Positions 50,921 through 64,000 of a DNA stretch of 64,000 bases are shown here, one piece after another. Position 1 is the stretch's first letter; every line of letters begins with the position of its first letter. This DNA comes from the human T2T-CHM13v2.0 reference genome, Homo sapiens. The stretch is from assembly GCF_009914755.1 (NCBI RefSeq), contig NC_060929.1. The stretch is one strand, 5' to 3'. The position numbers and the translations under genes were made by a program. Under the pieces are notes generated by a model. That model searched no databases, was not told the origin of the DNA, and worked only from the letters and a program-made list of their open reading frames with translations.

Positions 50921-51980
50921 ATCCCTTCATGAAAATGTACTGCTTTTGGAAAATGAAGAGCACAGTTGTCCAGGTCTTGCACAAATATTTTGTATCATCC
51001 AGGAGTGGTTCAGCAGGACAAGCATGTCAGACAACATTTTAACGGGGGATGTGTGAGACCAAGTGACTTGAAGGGAACTGTGTATAACACAGAGACATGA
51101 ATGAGCATGTCAGAAAAGAAGAACAAAGAGGACAGTTAATATATCAATGTGTTAAATCCAGAAAAGAATTTTGGATGCAGATGTGAAAGTTTATTGCATT
51201 TCTTTTGTGGTTTTCCTGATGCAACTCTGGAAGACAGACTTGGAGGAAGTTCAGGGAAATGCAAAATATTCATCACTGTGGTTGACCTAGAATAAGCGTC
51301 TCGCTCTAAACACGGAGGAGAGGATGACACTTAGGAAAGGATTAGGGAACTATGGCCAGGTCTCCTCCATGGAAGAGGGTCAGAGTGACAGGCAGGAGGT
51401 GGCTACAGCCACTGGACTCTTCCTTTGCATTTCTAACCATGGTGAGACTTCAGAGTAGAAGCAGCACCATCTTTAAAACCTCATCTCATCCCCCCAGAAG
51501 CTCTCCAAGAACAATGAAAATAAAATCAGTACCCTTCAATAGAAACCCAACTTAACTCATTCATGAGATTTTCTTTGTAAACATTCTATCCGGCAATTAT
51601 TTTCAGATCTTGCTTACCACCTGCTGCATGAGAACGTGTGGAGGCTGAGAGGTGCCTCCTGTGAAATCCTTCAGAGCTCAGCTCACCACCCATCCTTCAG
51701 GGGCAGTAGAATGAAAATTACATTTTTAATTGGCTTGAAATGTTTTGGTAAAAGTCTTAATCAGAGCATAAAATAGAAGCACATTTCTTGTGGTTTTAAT
51801 AAGTTAATTTGTCCATATTTTTCTCTCTGAATTCTGCACCCCTGCATGGTTTTGACTTAAAGGAAGGCTCCTGCCAGTTATTCACATGCACATTTTCTTC
51901 ATCTCCATTGTCCTTTTTTAGTCTTGCAAAATAGCAAGACAGACAAGCAGGCTTTGCTGAAACTTTCCAAACAAACTCAC

Positions 51981-52161
51981 CTTTGTGGTGAGGTAATTAT
52001 GGGAAAATTTCAGTCTCATGTATAAGCTTTAAAGAAGGAGGCATATGCCAGGAAGGGGACGATGGTACCTGATCCTGCTGCCGTATCTGCCCCTCCTACT
52101 CGGAGTGCGCTAATGTGCGGGCATGCAGGCTAATTTCACAGCTGGTGTGCTTTCTGCTGAC
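51981..52161 (-). other. Candidate non-coding exon (181 nt)
   Basis: Minus strand: ctttttgcttgtctcctctacttcggtttcag| acceptor and AAG|GTGAGT donor; stops in all three frames; motif evidence only. Confidence 0.35.
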
Positions 52162-53639
52162 CTGAAACCGAAGTAGAGGAGACAAGCAAAAAGTGGGTTC
52201 AGCAAAGAACTTTAGAAGGATTTTGACAAAATGATGTGCATGAATCAATAGATGAAATCTGCTGGACTGGAAACGAGACACACTCCAGCCTAAAAAGTTA
52301 AATTCAGAAAAGCAAAAATAAAATTAAGCAGATCAATAGCAGAACAGGCATTTCTTTATGACAATATTTCTAAATTATGCACAATTTACTCAGGTGATTA
52401 TCTCACTCATTTAGTGTGGCGTTGGAGTAGACTCTAGGCTCGAATGTTGATGGCGCATAAGGAGTTTCCTACATCTCTATATTTCATACGTGTAAGTCTT
52501 GACCTTGTGTTATATGGGTCAGAGGCAGGGGTAACCTACTAATACTATCATTGTTTTTTTACTTAGAAAAGATGGCAAACGCAGTCTAATGGCGGGTGGC
52601 TGGTGAACAGGGTCACAGCAGCCATGGGTGGCTGAGGACCAGGCTTCAATGGTGGGGAGCTTTGGGGCAGATCTCAACTGTTCCTGCCCCTTTGTGCCAC
52701 CTCTCAGTGCAATGTTCAGGGCAGCAGTTCCCTCGGGTGTGCTCACACCAAGAGTCTAAGCCGACCCCTTGCAGGCATGGAGAAAGACTCCTCTCCCCAG
52801 CTTCCCCGAGGCTGGGTGCACCCTCTCCTCCACTCGTGGGAAGTTCCGCCCCACAAAGGGGTTGGCCACCTGTCATCAGCAAGCAACACCCTCCAAAATC
52901 CTGTCCAGAGGGGAAGACCTGCGTTAAGCAGACACTCTCCCAACTAGCTAACTCGTTTCCATTCTGCCGGTTCCCACTGGCTCCGAGAGCACAGTGCTCA
53001 CACCTGGACATCAGGTCCGCCTTCACCTGGAGGTGTTACGGCGCAGCCTGCAGGGAAACAGGACCGACCCCAGGACAGATGGAGGGGCGTCTTGTAGGAC
53101 ACGACTCCTGCGGACTTGTTAGGACCCGCAGGACCACACCACAGCTGGGTTGAAGTCCTCGAAGAGGCCATGTGGGTGGGGGGCAGCAGCCTCACACCTA
53201 ACTAGGGTCTTGCTGAAAACAGCCTGCTGGTTCGGTAATGGGGTGGGGCGGTTCCTGGGATGGAGCAGGGAGGGGGAGGAGGATGAAGGAAATTCGGTGG
53301 AAAGTGATTTTTTGAAGAGAAAACATAAAACTTAGAAGAAAAATCAAACTTAAGGCGTATTAAAGAGGTGGTCAGGGAAGAAAGTTGGAATTCCGGAACT
53401 CCTAGAGCCGTAGCATGAAGGTGTGCGGCCACTCCAGGAGGCTGACAAATACAGACGGGCAAAGGGTGGCAAGCGCTGGGCATGAAGGCTTGTTACTTCC
53501 TGTGATGGGGGAGGACGCTGGTGGGGAGAGGAAGCACCTGGCCACGGTCAGTAGTCAACAGAGTGCTGGTTCTGCAGCTGCAAGCAGGAGGGCTGAGGCC
53601 GGGTGGTCAGTGAGCAGCAGGACTTCACCTGAAGGCATC

Positions 53640-54303
<664 letters not shown>

Positions 54304-54745
54304 TAAGGCAAAGGAGTGGCTCAAAGAACTGTGAGAAGTTCTGTGAGTTTGCAACTGGGTCAGGAGGAGAGTTGTGGGTGGGTAGGAGCGGCGGCTACAG
54401 GTGGCTGCCAGGACCTCGGCCATGAGACCTGTCTATGTGGACAGCGAAGCTGCAGCTGTCTCAGCCACAGGACACAGCCTTGACTCCCTGGCCCTAAAGC
54501 CTCTGGAGAACCTGCCTGCTTCCAGGGCTGCTGCAGCCGCTGCCTACCCTGCCTACTTCCAGGGCCACTGCAGCGACTGCCTCTTGGCCTCTCTGTGACA
54601 TCAGCTCCTGACTTAAAGCCCAGGGCAGGGCTTGGAGGGGCCTGGAGCAGGGCATTGCAGCAACCTCAGGACAGTGGGAGAGTGAGTCCCAGCTCTGCTT
54701 CTCCAGGGTATGCTGGGCTCTGTGTCCCCTAGGCTTCAGAAGGTG

Positions 54746-55157
<412 letters not shown>

Positions 55158-55583
55158 TCAACAAAATCAGGTAAAATGTTAGCAAAAAATGTACCATTAT
55201 GCTTTCAAGATAGTGTGAAAGAAAGTAAGTATTAGGAAAGTTGATTGATTTTATGTAAATAATGAAAACAATGACACCTACACTTTACGGAGATGAGAAA
55301 TGCATTTTAGAATCACGTTGTAAACACTGGACTCTCTCTAGCTCCATTCGTGGTCATGAACACGTGGATTGAGCCAGCTCAAGTGAATGTGGAGCTGTTA
55401 GCCGGGGAGGAGCTGCCCCGATCCAACTCAGGACCCTCACTCAGCTGAGCCCCACTGTGCCGGGAACGCTCTCCTGGGAGGGACTCTTCTTCCCCTGCTG
55501 TTCTCTGCCATCTGCAGAGGCCGTCTGCCGGGCAGGGGCTCCATCCTCTCATCTCTCCCTGATGATAAAGGAACCCAAGTCCT

Positions 55584-55713
55584 TCTTAGAATAGGGTGAG
55601 GATGGGAGGCACAGCGGGGAGTGTCTCCCATCTTCCCTGGACTCTTCTTAGACAGTGTAGGGTGAGGCTGGGAGGTACAGGGGGGGAGATTGTCTTCCAT
55701 CTTCCCTGGACTG
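55584..55713. repeat. Diverged ~62-66-bp tandem duplication
   Basis: cttaga..tagggtgagg(a/c)tgggagg(c/t)acag..tgtct(c/t)ccatcttccctggact x2. Confidence 0.8.
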
Positions 55714-56087
55714 CGCTGAGCCAGGCTGATGTCCTGGGGACACTGAAGACTGGTGTTTCTGGTCATGTCTCGGTGGTTACAAATGTGTGCAAGTGACTGA
55801 TCCAACGGTGATACTCCTCCTAAGAGCAGTGTTATCTCTGGTTTTTTGGGTAGAACTGCCAGGTGCCTAGAAGCGTCTGGAGGAAGGCCCAGGCAGTCAA
55901 GATAAAAATGAGGTATCTCCCTCAATAGGAAAGCAGCCTTTGAAAGAGAAGATTCCACATGAGCAGTGACCACGGCGCAGCTGAGGCGGAGGAAAGAGGG
56001 GGGACCTGGTGGTGCTACCTCGGGGGAAGGAGATGGACTCCAAGTGAGGGTGCTGGGTCTGGCCTCATATCAAGGGCTCTCCAACCT

Positions 56088-56520
56088 GTGCCTCAGTCAG
56101 CCCCTGCTGCATGCCGGTCAGCTTAAACTTGGCGCTTTAGAACAACAAGCATTTATTGAGCGTGCAGTGCTGTGATAGGGTCAGTGATTTGCCTTTGTGC
56201 CTCGCCGAGTGGTTCCTCTGCTCTCGGCTGGACTCTCCTGCGCTATGGGCAGACTCGGGTTGGCTGGGGCTGGCTGACCTCAGTGGAGCTGGCCTGTCTG
56301 CTGTGTCAGATCGCTCATCCCCCTGCTCTTCTGGTCTTGCTCATGGGACCGCAGAGCACAGGGACTCTCGGCTGCATTCTGCTGGCCAAAGCAGGTTGCA
56401 AGCCCGCCCCGGTAGAAGGGCTGGGGAGAAAGAATTCACCTCTCCTGGGCGGCAATGGGACGTCACAGGGCCCAGGGTGTGAGCACAGCATGGAGGGAAG
56501 GCTTGTTGGCCATTCCACAG
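56088..56520 (-). mobile_element. MLT1G/H-like MaLR LTR, GC-shifted
   Basis: aaacttggcgctttagaacaacaagcatttatt, cattctgctggccaaagcaggt, aagggctggggagaaaga..cacctctcc. Confidence 0.65.
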
Positions 56521-56653
56521 TGACCCTAACACACGTTCCATGGCGACACAGGAGTTTCCCTTCCCAGGTTGACTTGAGCAGAGCATCAAAACGGTACTGA
56601 CGGTTGAGGTCCCCAAAGCGGAGAGAACATGCCAAGGTCCACATTCCAAAGCA

Positions 56654-57917
56654 GGCACTAGAGCCCTTGTGTGGGGCAGGAAAGGGGCATTTCAGGTGCC
56701 GAAGCCCTGTGTGGGGCAGGAAAGCGGCATTTCAGGTGCCGGAGCCCTGTGTGGGGCAGAAAAGGGGCATTTCAGGTGCTGGAGCCCTTGTGTGGGGCAG
56801 GAAAGGGGCATTTCAGGGGCTGGAGCCCTTGTGTGGGGCAAGAAAGGGGCGTTTCAGGCACTAGAGCCCTTGTGTGGGGCAGGAAAGGGGCATTTCAGGT
56901 GCCGGAGCCCTTGTGTGGGGCAGGAAAGGGGCATTTCAGGTGCTGGAGCCCTTGTGTGGGGCAGGAAAGGGGCATTTCAGGGGCTGGAGCCCTTGTGTGG
57001 GGCAAGAAAGGGGCGTTTCAGGCACTAGAGCCCTTGTGTGGGGCAGGAAAGGGGCATTTCAGGTGCCGGAGCCCTTGTGTGGGGCAGGAAAGGGGCATTT
57101 CAGGTGCCAGAGCCCTTGTGTGGGGCAGGAAAGGGGCATTTCAGGTGCTAGAGCCCTTGTGTGGGGGCAGGAAAGGGGCGTTTCAGGCACTAGAGCCCTT
57201 GTGTGGGACAGGAAAGGGGTATTTCAGGCACCAGAGCCCTTGTGTGGGGCAGGAAAGGGGCATTTCAGGTGCTGGAGCCCTATATGGGGCAGGAAAGGGG
57301 CGTTTCAGGCACTAGAGCCCTTGTGTGGGGCAGGAAAGGGGCATTTCAGGTGCCGGAGCCCTTGTGCGGGGCAGGAAAGGGGCATTTCAGGTGCCGGAGC
57401 CCTTGTGTGGGGCAGGAAAGGGGCGTTTCAGGTGCTGGAGCCCTGTGTGGGGCAGGAAAGGGGCATTTCAGGTGCTAGAGCCCTTGTGTGGGGGCAGGAA
57501 AGGGGCGTTTCAGGCACTAGAGCCCTTGTGTGGGACAGGAAAGGGGTATTTCAGGCACCAGAGCCCTTGTGTGGGGCAGGAAAGGGACATTTCAGGTGCT
57601 GGAGCCCTATATGGGGCAGGAAAGGGGCGTTTCAGGCACTAGAGCCCTTGTGTGGGGCAGGAAAGGGGCATTTCAGGTGCCGGAGCCCTTGTGCGGGGCA
57701 GGAAAGGGGCATTTCAGGTGCCGGAGCCCTTGTGTGGGGCAGGAAAGGGGCGTTTCAGGTGCTGGAGCCCTGTGTGGGGCAGGAAAGGGGCATTTCAGGT
57801 GCCGGAGCCCTATGTTGGGCAGGAAAGGGGTGTTTCAGGTGCCGGAGCCCTGTGTGGGGCAGGAAAGGGGCATTTCAGGTGCTAGAGCCCTGTGTGGGGC
57901 AGGAAAGGGGCATTTCC
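56654..57917. repeat. 40-42-bp G-rich VNTR, ~31 copies (gagcccttgtgtggggcaggaaaggggcatttcaggtgccg)
   Basis: Direct tandem units with higher-order blocks. Confidence 0.98.
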
Positions 57918-58374
57918 CAGCCCTCTCTAGGGCACAGCGGGATGCGGTGTGAAGGAGTGCGGAAGAGAATTGAGAGGTGGTTTCCTAGAGGATCGGAGGG
58001 CTGCTGGCATTTCTGCCACACTCTCTCCATGGGGTGGGGGCTTTACCCTCAGCTGAAGCCGAGTGAGAAGACGCAAGGGCCCCCTGGGTAGCCGTTTGGG
58101 TCTGGAGCACGACGCACAGCTGGGTCGAGTACCTCTCGCTGGCAGACTGCTAGTGGCACTGGAACTTCCTTGAGGTGAGGCTCAGAGGCTGCTCCCTAGG
58201 GGGCCAGGGACACTCTGGGGGAGCTGGGCTGCGGCTGTCTGGGAGCGGCCACGGGCTGCCATCCTGGGAGAAGACGGGTGTGAGACGCGTTCCAGAACCT
58301 GGGAGTGAGGTTCAAATGGGGGAATCGGCAGGAAGCCGCCCAGCTGAAGATCAGTAGCGTGACCGCTGGCTCAC

Positions 58375-58419
58375 CTCTGTGCCTTTCTTCTGGATCCTTC
58401 TCTGCCTTCCCGCTGACAC
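58375..58419 (-). other. Candidate 45-nt exon
   Basis: Minus strand: ccctcatcggccacttctgcctcctgcag| acceptor, purine-rich body containing GAAGAA, GAG|GTGAGC donor; motif evidence only. Confidence 0.35.
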
Positions 58420-58783
58420 CTGCAGGAGGCAGAAGTGGCCGATGAGGGCAGGGGCGGGAGGTCGGGAGATCAGGAGTCCACGCACCAGCCTCGGGAGGAC
58501 TTCCAAGCCTGCTGCGTGTCTGAGCTGCAGCCACAGTGGATTTCCCCAGCTGGTCATTGTTTAAACGACTAAGACCAGGCTGACCTGTGACCCAGAGACT
58601 CTACATATTAATTTTTTTAATATGAAAGTGACTTGACATGCTATGGAATCTACCAGAAATTTCACCGAAGCTGGGGTTGAGCAGGGAAAAAACCAGGATT
58701 TGTGCCACGACAAACCTATATCCACGCTGTATGCACTCGCCCCGCCTCAGATGTCCACCCTGGGGTGATTACTTCCCTGGTCT

Positions 58784-59245
58784 TATATTAGTTATCTGTT
58801 GCTCATAACTGACTAGCACAAACATTATCTCTCAGCCCAAAAAGACTGGGCCAGAAGTCGGGGCAGAGTTTCAGGAGCTCTCTGCTTGAGGTCTGGCAGG
58901 CTGAGGTCAGCAAGCCTCATGGGAAGCTCAGGGTCCTCTTCCCAGCCCATGCTTGCTGGCAGGTCTCTTTCCTCCCCTCTCTGCAACTCCTGAAAGGAAC
59001 AGGGAGCACCTGCTGCAGACTTCAGCCTCCCCAACCTCAGACCCAGGTTTAAACGGCTCACGTGACTGGGCCAGGCCAACCCAGAAAAAGCTTATTGTTT
59101 TGATTAACTCAGGGTCAGCTGATGAGGCACCTTAATCCTATCTTTGCGACTTAACTTAATCCGTAGTCACGGGAGCCACGTGCCATGGTCTTCCCCACCC
59201 CTGCCACACCCTGGATGGGGGGCCATTGTTGTGAGGCTGAGGATG
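58784..59245 (-). mobile_element. MLT1E-like MaLR LTR
   Basis: tatattagttatctgttgct start, gctcagggtcctcttcc, tttaaacggctcacgtgactgggccaggcc, ttgattaactca. Confidence 0.65.
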
Positions 59246-59689
59246 TCTGGGACTCCGGTCACCACCGGTCCTGCGTAACGACATCTCCACATTTGGTGTA
59301 GGGAACCAGGCTGATGAGCCTCGGATGTGTGTGACACGGACCAAAGGGAACACGGGCTCAGCCACGTGAGTTTCTCGCAGTAACACTGCAGTCTCGCTAT
59401 TGCTGAAACGTGGAGTCTTCCTCAACTGCCTCGCAGGCATGGGGCAGCCACGAAGGAGCTTGCAGGTGCCTGTGGGAGAACAGAGCTTGGGTTGCCCGCA
59501 GAGTCCGGGGGTCTAGGGGGATGATGGACAGACAGGCCAGGCTTCCACCCATCCTGTCTCCTAGCAGATTCTGGGGAGCAGGGCTGCCCTGGGGCGTCCA
59601 CGTGGCCCCTTGCTGCTGGGGCCAGGGTAGATCCACTGGGCTTCGAGTCTGCTGGGCGATGACAGAGTGGTCTCAGGGCAAGCCCGTCC

Positions 59690-60900
59690 ACTGGCCTCGG
59701 GGGAGGACCAGGGCTGTACCGGCAGCGTCTGAAATTCCAGCTCCGCGGCCCCGGCGCCTCCAGGTGAACTCTGGGTGTGGTACGGGGGTCTCCGTTTCCA
59801 TGAAACTGAACGACACGCAGCCTCTGACTCGGTGGCTGTCTTGGGATTTTCCTTTTAAAAGCTTTTACAGTTGCCTTCAAGCAGTCCGTTTGTCTGTCTC
59901 TTGTTTAGAACGAGGAATGACAATGAATGTTGGAGAGCCTCTCCCGCAGATGGGTGGCACGGCCTCAGCCTGAGGGAAACGTGTTCCCATCCCGCTCCGG
60001 GGGCAAGTCCCCGCCGGCTCGGACCCCAGGGAGGTGGAGGCAGGCACCGTCCCCTTGTCCGGGTGACCCTGTGTGGCCTCCCTGCTAAGCCCGCAGCCTG
60101 GGCTGGCAACAGCCTCGATCGGGGGCCGGGGGAAGCGGCCGAGATGTGGCTCGGAGGTGGCAGCTGGCAGGCGGGGTCCTCCAGTGACAGCTGATGTGTC
60201 GCGGCCTGAGCCTCCACCCTGGGCGTGACTCGCTTGTCCACAGCATCGGCAACTCTCTGAAAAGACCCCTCTGCTACATGTCACGGTGCCCGGAGGGAGG
60301 GAGAGCAGCCAGGACCCGAGGTCCTGCCAAGCTCATAAAATCTCCCTGTAGGGACCTGAGAAGCCAGGAGGACCCGGAGCCAGCGGGAGGGAGGCCACGG
60401 AGGGGCCCAGGAAGCCTGAGCTGCTTGGAGGGGGAGGCAGCGGCGACCCCAGCGGGGAGCCACACTTGGTGGAAAGAGGGGCCTCTGGAACTGGAGCATG
60501 GCGGTGACTTTGGAATTCTGTCCAGCTGCATTCAGCCATCCAGCAACAGGTCCCAGCGTGAACAGGTCCCCCGGAGCGAGCGCTCGGGAATGTCTCCTGG
60601 CCAGGCCTGGAGATTGCAGGAGGCCGGGCGAGGAGCCCCGCGTCTCCCCCGTTTCCGGGCCGTTGTTTTCTTGGCTGGATTTTGAGGAGGGTTAAGTGTC
60701 CCTCTTGGCCTGGCTGCTGAGTGGGGTGAGAGCGATTGCGTGAACTTGCTTCCTGGCGTGCGGCTGTGAATGCTTCTCGGCTCGCCTGGCTCCCGCGGTT
60801 TCCTTCCCAAGCCCTCCTTGCTGGCAGGAGGGAACAGACAGGCGGGGTGTGGATCCCTCCGGAGCTCACTGGGGGCCGTTCGCCCCGCTCATCACTCTGG
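59690..60900. promoter_or_regulatory. CpG-rich, island-like region; candidate promoter or enhancer
   Basis: Visibly high GC and CpG density, no recognised interspersed repeat; CpG observed/expected not computed. Confidence 0.5.
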
Positions 60901-61594
60901 CCACACTCCCTGCCCGCCCCTTACATTCCGGGCTTGCCTAGACAGGCAGATGGAGTGGGCTTTCGGGAAAGAGAGAGAGAGAAAAAGGAATCTTTTCTAT
61001 GTGGCTGGTTTTGAACCCTTGAAATCCCAGTGAAAATAATCACACTAAATACTATTTGTAGCAGCCCAGAGACATGGAACACGGGCTGAATCCTTTGCGT
61101 TTCTTTGTAATTGGAAAAGGATGTTTTTACATCTTGACATTTTTTGACTCTCAGCCACATCTAGATAGAATTAGTGAGACCCCAAGAAGACATTCCATCA
61201 ACGCTGGGTAACTGCAAGAACTTTAAACAGATCTGTCGTGATGTCTCTGAGAATGGCGGCCTGCAGTGACCTGGAATCCCACAGTGGCTCTGCCAGGTAT
61301 TCCAGGAACAGGTCCCAGGGACACGCGTCTAATTTATTATTTATGGAGCAAATTATCGTTCTCCACAGCAAGCAGAGACCTTGACAAATGGGCCACCACT
61401 GTGGCTTCCTGATTTTCTTTTCTTTTGGGGGTGTTGAGGGTTGCAACAGACGATGCCCTAAAGACCTCCAGGGCTGTGCCTGTGCTGGACATCTGGCCAG
61501 CCCTCAGGGTCCTGGACTTGTCCTCATCTCTACTGCTCACCTGCTGCCTGCGATGCAGACCTGCCTCCCCTGGATGCTCACACACTTTTCATAG

Positions 61595-61685
61595 CTTTGT
61601 GTCTGGTGGGTGCAGCCTTAGTCTCCCAGGAGGCCCCTCCCCGACCATGGTCAGAGGGAGTCATGGACCACCTTCCAAGCATCAG
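61595..61685 (+). other. Candidate 91-nt exon (copy 1 of duplicated cassette)
   Basis: tgctcac branch-like motif, cttttcatag| acceptor, perfect CAG|GTAAGT donor. Confidence 0.45.
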
Positions 61686-62844
61686 GTAAGTCGTGCAAAC
61701 CCTCCAGCTTATGAGGCTCACAGCCCCCTTGAGAGAGCCTGTGGGTGTGGAAAGTTTTATTATTTGGGAAATGCCGTGGCTTTATATCTATGAATGAGGA
61801 TGGGTGAGTGTGGAGAGCTGCAGCTGTGTGCCTGGGCGGGGTTGGACTGTTGCACCTGCTCTGTGGGTGTTCACATCAGTTGTAAGAGTGGAGCAGAGGC
61901 AGCCGCTCGTCCCGCATCTGATGTGCAGAGGGGAGGCTGCGAGGTGTACCTTTGGGGGTTGTGTTTGCCAGGGGCCCTCGTTGTGGTTGAATATCTGTGC
62001 TCTGAGTTCCCCTGGAAGCTTATTTACCTAACAGCTGTGTCTAGTTAGCCTCACGGATGGGCTGGTGGTGCACATACTCGCTCCAGCCGTCTTTAGAAGC
62101 AACAAGATTCATCCTGAGCCTGGTTTGTGATTCTGACTGTAGTCATGGAAGAAAAGAAAAGCCAATAAGCTTTCCACTGTGTACATTTTCTGTAGTTTAA
62201 CTTTTGAAAGCCTCTTGTAGCTTTATGGGAATATGAATAAGTGAGTCGATGAATACCTAGAAAGCACCCATGTTTTGCTGAATGATTCATTTTTAGCCCT
62301 TCTGTGTATAAAACATTTCAAGAAAATCAGAGAAAAGTTATGTTCCTAATGCTTAAATTGCAGCATAAAATGATACTTGATGCCGTGGGGCCATCCTGGT
62401 ACCATTTAATGCCATTCGGCTTTAGGGCAACATTATCTCCAGTCCTCCAGCATCAGGTCCCGGTGGCTTAGGGGATGGGGGATCGGAGTAGTTCCAACAG
62501 GCATCCCTGTCCAGCCTGGTGCTGGGAACACGCAGATCCTCATTTCCAGGAGCTAAGGGTCAACTTGTGGGAGGATGGCACAGGGGCTGCTGGACAGAGG
62601 CCGTGCAGAAGGTTCTGCAGCGGGGGCGCTTGTGGGTCTCCTCCATGAGGCTGGAGCTAATGCTCGTCGTCCACTGCGCATCTGAACCATTGCATCCATA
62701 GTCATTACATGCTCCAATTGTCCAGGCTGCGGCCTCCCCAGGCCCTGCTGCTGTTGCTACAGTGGCTGCTATTTGGGGTCTGCCTGAGCACCTCTGGAGG
62801 TAGGGAGCGGGGACCACAGATTCCGGAGCAAAGTCCTCGTGGCG

Positions 62845-63445
62845 GCTGCATGCCACGTGTCTACTTGGTTGGGCCCTGGTGCCCAGATGCTTGGTCAAGT
62901 ATTATTATGGATAATTCTGTGAAGGTGTTTTTGGATGAGATTAGCATTTCAATGGGTGGACTTTGAGTAAATTAAAGGACCCTCCATAGTGTGGGGCTTT
63001 ATCCAATCAGTTTAAGGCCTGCACAGGACGAAGACTGGCCTTCCTCCCTCAGGAAGGGGTTCTGCCAGCAGACGCCTGTGGACGCAAACTGAACTTGCCC
63101 TTATCTGCACTGCTCACCTGCTGCCTGCAATGCAGACCTGCGGCCCCAGACGCTCAGACACTTTTCACAGATTTATGCCTGGTGGGTGCAGCCTTAGCCT
63201 CCCAGGAGACTGCCCTCCCACCCCCCTCTTCATGATCAGAGGAAGATACTGACCTCCTTCCAAGCATCAGGGTAAGTCCTGGAGACCATCAGCTCCTCCC
63301 TGGGTCTCCCGCTGATGGCGAGCCCCACAGATTTTGGACTTGCCAAGCCTGCAGAATCGCTTGAATCAGTTCCTTAAAATAATCCCTCTTTCCATGCAGA
63401 TATACACATTTTACTGGCCCTCTTCTCTAGAGAACCCTAATGCAC
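62845..63445 (+). mobile_element. MLT2C/D-like ERVL LTR carrying a ~200-bp foreign insertion
   Basis: gtgcccagatgcttggtcaa, gtgtttttggatgagattagcatt, atccaatcagtttaaggcctg; resumes ctccctgggtctcc..agattttggacttgcc..tagagaaccctaatgca. Confidence 0.85.
63171..63271 (+). other. Candidate 101-nt exon (copy 2 of duplicated cassette, inside MLT2)
   Basis: cttttcacag| acceptor and AGG|GTAAGT donor; paralogous to 61595-61685. Confidence 0.4.
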
Positions 63446-63599
63446 TATCTTATTTGTCAATGTCATAATCTCTCTCAAAGAGAGTTGGGGAACTGGCCCA
63501 GGGCCCTGCAGTGAGTATGGCTCTAGATCCTAATCAAGTGTGTGTGGCTTCACAGCCATGATCTTTCCGTTTACCACATTGCAATGAGGAGGGAAGAAG

Positions 63600-63815
63600 G
63601 GTGCTAGGCAATGTTCTAAGCACGTTTGTTACCAGACAATCATCTAGGTGATCCTCTTGCCCTTTGTGTGGGAGCTCCTGTCATTAACCCCGTTTAACAG
63701 ATGTGGGGACCATGTCACAGAAAGAGTAGGTCCCCTGTCCAAGGCTCCCCAAGGCTGGTCAGTGGCAGAGCCCAGATTTAGATCCAAGCAATCAGCCTGC
63801 AGACACCTTGCCACC
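63600..63815 (-). mobile_element. MIR
   Basis: tgctaggcaatgttctaagcacgttt, ccccgtttaacagatg, tgtccaagg, gtggcagagcccagattt. Confidence 0.7.
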
Positions 63816-64000
63816 CTGCTTGTGTCTATCACACTAGATTGCATCCCCATTACAGAATTTTCACCTCCACTTAGGGAGACATAAGTTAATATCAATAGAT
63901 TTTATGATATTGCATCAGACTTTATCATATTGTAGTCCATTGATTAATACGTCTCCACATATATTTGATCATCAAATGGAGAAATTCATAGGTGTTAACA

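Noticed and set aside
56671-58091. 405-aa and overlapping ORFs
   Set aside because: Translation of the 41-bp VNTR; the same peptides cycle through all frames
59410-60869. Multiple 130-190-aa ORFs in the CpG-rich region
   Set aside because: Overlapping on both strands, as expected from stop-codon scarcity at high GC; none recognisable

Overview
Primate (human-like) genomic DNA with no protein-coding gene, tRNA, rRNA or CRISPR array that I can support. I could not identify the locus by name. The window is a mosaic of three things. First, interspersed repeats: 10 Alus, a 3'-deleted L1PA6/7-like element, old L1MB/MD/ME, MaLR and ERVL solo LTRs, Tigger/Charlie/MADE1 DNA transposons, MIR and L2. 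Second, four large minisatellites plus several low-complexity tracts. Third, a CpG-rich island-like region at about 59.7-60.9 kb. The GC-rich flanks, VNTR density and GC-shifted ancient repeats suggest a distal/subtelomeric setting (inference). Nearly all long ORFs in the track are artefacts of repeats or high GC. The most notable structure is a ~200-bp segment carrying a complete exon-like cassette (acceptor and GTAAGT donor) that was copied 1.6 kb downstream into an MLT2 LTR, with both splice sites retained. Also notable: a 53-54-bp VNTR born inside an ancient L1, an internally expanded MADE1 (miR-548-like hairpin), an Ig-switch-like AGCT/G-run VNTR, a fold-back signature at the L1PA deletion junction, and candidate lncRNA exons. 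Repeat subfamily calls come from recalled consensus sequences by eye and boundaries are approximate; RepeatMasker/Dfam should confirm them. I see no convincing novel multi-gene system.
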